Part shown: positions 62,601 to 64,000 of the stretch, one piece after another
Layout: the number at the start of each line of letters is the position of its first letter
Position numbering within the stretch: the first letter of the stretch is position 1
From: Utricularia gibba
Lineage: Eukaryota; Plantae; Magnoliophyta
Reading direction: 5' to 3'
Length of the DNA stretch: 64,000 bases
Assembly: GCA_002189035.1 (NCBI GenBank)
Contig: NEEC01000012.1
Span: 496,001 to 560,000, forward strand
Position numbers and translations under genes: made by a program
The notes under the pieces: model-generated
Seen by the model: only the letters and a program-made list of their open reading frames with translations
What the model was told of the DNA's origin: nothing
Databases searched by the model: none

Positions 62601-63405
62601 GGGCAAAAGAAGGCTTATTCCTAAACCTGACAAAAGAAAAATCATACCATTGATAGTCGCCATGGCCTCTGTCCTTTTGGACGGGTCCAACAATTGGCCC
62701 AACTGACTCTTCTGGAAATGTCACCCTCAAGGCCTCCTCGAACAAGCTTGCTACCTGTTGCTTCAGACTTCCAACTGCTTCCCGCTCCTGCTTGATTGAA
62801 AAATTAATCAAAATGGGTACATTACGCTTTTTAAAAACCTTCAGCGTGCCTATTAAAATAAATGCTTACGTTCGCCATATTCGACACGGCTGAGGCGTAA
62901 GTTCGCAGTACGAGCCTCTGAAATCCGCCTAGTTTAGTGAAACGCAAGACACTTAGCGTGCAAGAAAACTATATGCATGCCTACTGTTCAAAATTGATGC
63001 AGCCGAACTTCTACCCAAAAGATCATAAATTTGCGGTGGATTTAAATATCTGTTGTAAGAAAATCGGAGAACGTTTAAGGGCATAATAGAAAAGAAGATT
63101 TTCAACTCAAGTAAAGTCTGGAAAGAGAAGAGAACCCAAAATCATGCATGGCAACAATTCCACATATCAACCCTAATCCGACTAATTCAACTCCGATGGC
63201 CTGTAAAAAGCAGAAACCCCCGATCACACTTCGTATAAACGGCTGCAGTTTAAAGCAAGCCCACGACAGGAATTTCGAGAGTGTGGAAGATGGAAAGAGT
63301 ATTACGCTTGGTGGAGTAGGAAGGACGACAAAGACACAGGCAACGCTGCTGCAGCGGCGGGAAAACTGAAGGAAACAGATGAGAAAATGTGCCGCCGCAG
63401 CTCAT
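59691..63405 (-). CDS. ArgRS: Arginine--tRNA ligase with N-terminal targeting extension, multi-exon
   Basis: Spliced exons give [41 protein letters not shown] (HIGH motif), [54 protein letters not shown] and [10 protein letters not shown]. In-frame ATGs at 63405 and 62878. Apparent -1 frameshift at 62013-62015. Confidence 0.96.
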
Positions 63406-63426
63406 CGCAGTTCCGCCTAATTGGCG

Positions 63427-63617
63427 TTTGGGCTGTGAACCTACCTTTGATTAAATGGGCCTTCAGGTTCATCAGTCTACACTCATGGCCCAATTAAGGA
63501 GGCCCACATATGGAGCGAAGCCCATTAAGATGCTATCTGGTCACCAATGGTTTAAAAAACGGGGTCCACGAAAAACGGTAACCAGTCCATTTCAATAAAC
63601 TTGACAAATTAGGGTTT
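63427..63617 (-). promoter_or_regulatory. ArgRS upstream region with five site II motifs and a telo-box
   Basis: TGGGCT ~63429, TGGGCC ~63456, GGCCCA 63487 and 63501, AGCCCA 63519, TTAGGGTTT 63609-63617. This combination is typical of plant translation-related genes. Confidence 0.6.
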
Positions 63618-64000
63618 TTGGGAGTATGTAACAAAAAAACGGAATTCTTTATTTTTATTCTTCTTTTCTAGAATTTGCGAGATCTTTGATCTAATCTTTA
63701 TTCTTGGTTTTCAAATAAACAATCATAATTGAAGATTTTATTTTGAAACTTGGATATGAAGCCGATGGTGAAGAGATACAAACCTAGAGTTTGATTTAAT
63801 GATTTCATTTGATTTTGAAGATATTACTTTGATGTTATTTTGATGTTTATGTGATTCTGAATCATTAGTTTTATTTGAATTTTAAACATTTTTTCATTTT
63901 CACCACAAACGTTTCAACCCTCGTATAGTTTTTTAAATCATTGCTGGTCACCACTACTAACAGTCTATTTCATTTTCCCTCCCTTTAAAAATACACGTAT

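Noticed and set aside
1-64000. tRNA, rRNA or organellar insertions
   Set aside because: None recognised. The only tRNA-complementary stretches are retrotransposon primer-binding sites.

Overview
Plant (eudicot) nuclear genomic DNA with compact genes (most introns about 70-110 nt) in three blocks separated by transposon graveyards. Left: 5' part of exocyst SEC6 (minus, runs off the window), a Mutator-like transposase fossil carrying two TSD-flanked solo LTRs, then MRNIP and a poly(A)-binding protein gene. Centre (about 17.3-46.9 kb): LTR retrotransposon remains only. These are an Ale-type copia, a gypsy gag relic, a head-to-head pair of Angela-type copia LTRs forming a ~3.1 kb inverted repeat, and a four-level nest (Angela copia > gypsy LTR > Athila element > second Athila element), much of which can be reconstructed from target-site duplications and restored reading frames. 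Right (47.5-63.4 kb): eight tightly packed genes: HAL3/PPCDC, At5g43820-like PPR, At5g43822-like protein, IRE1, a small secreted 6-Cys peptide, FKBP18, an ATL RING-H2 ligase and arginyl-tRNA synthetase. Four conserved genes (SEC6, HAL3, IRE1, ArgRS) each have a single -1 frameshift inside a short G/C run, most likely assembly homopolymer errors. All identifications come from manual translation and recalled family motifs; no searches were run. I found no convincing wholly new biological system. The strongest leads are the LTR palindrome, the TE nest and the small Cys-rich peptide.
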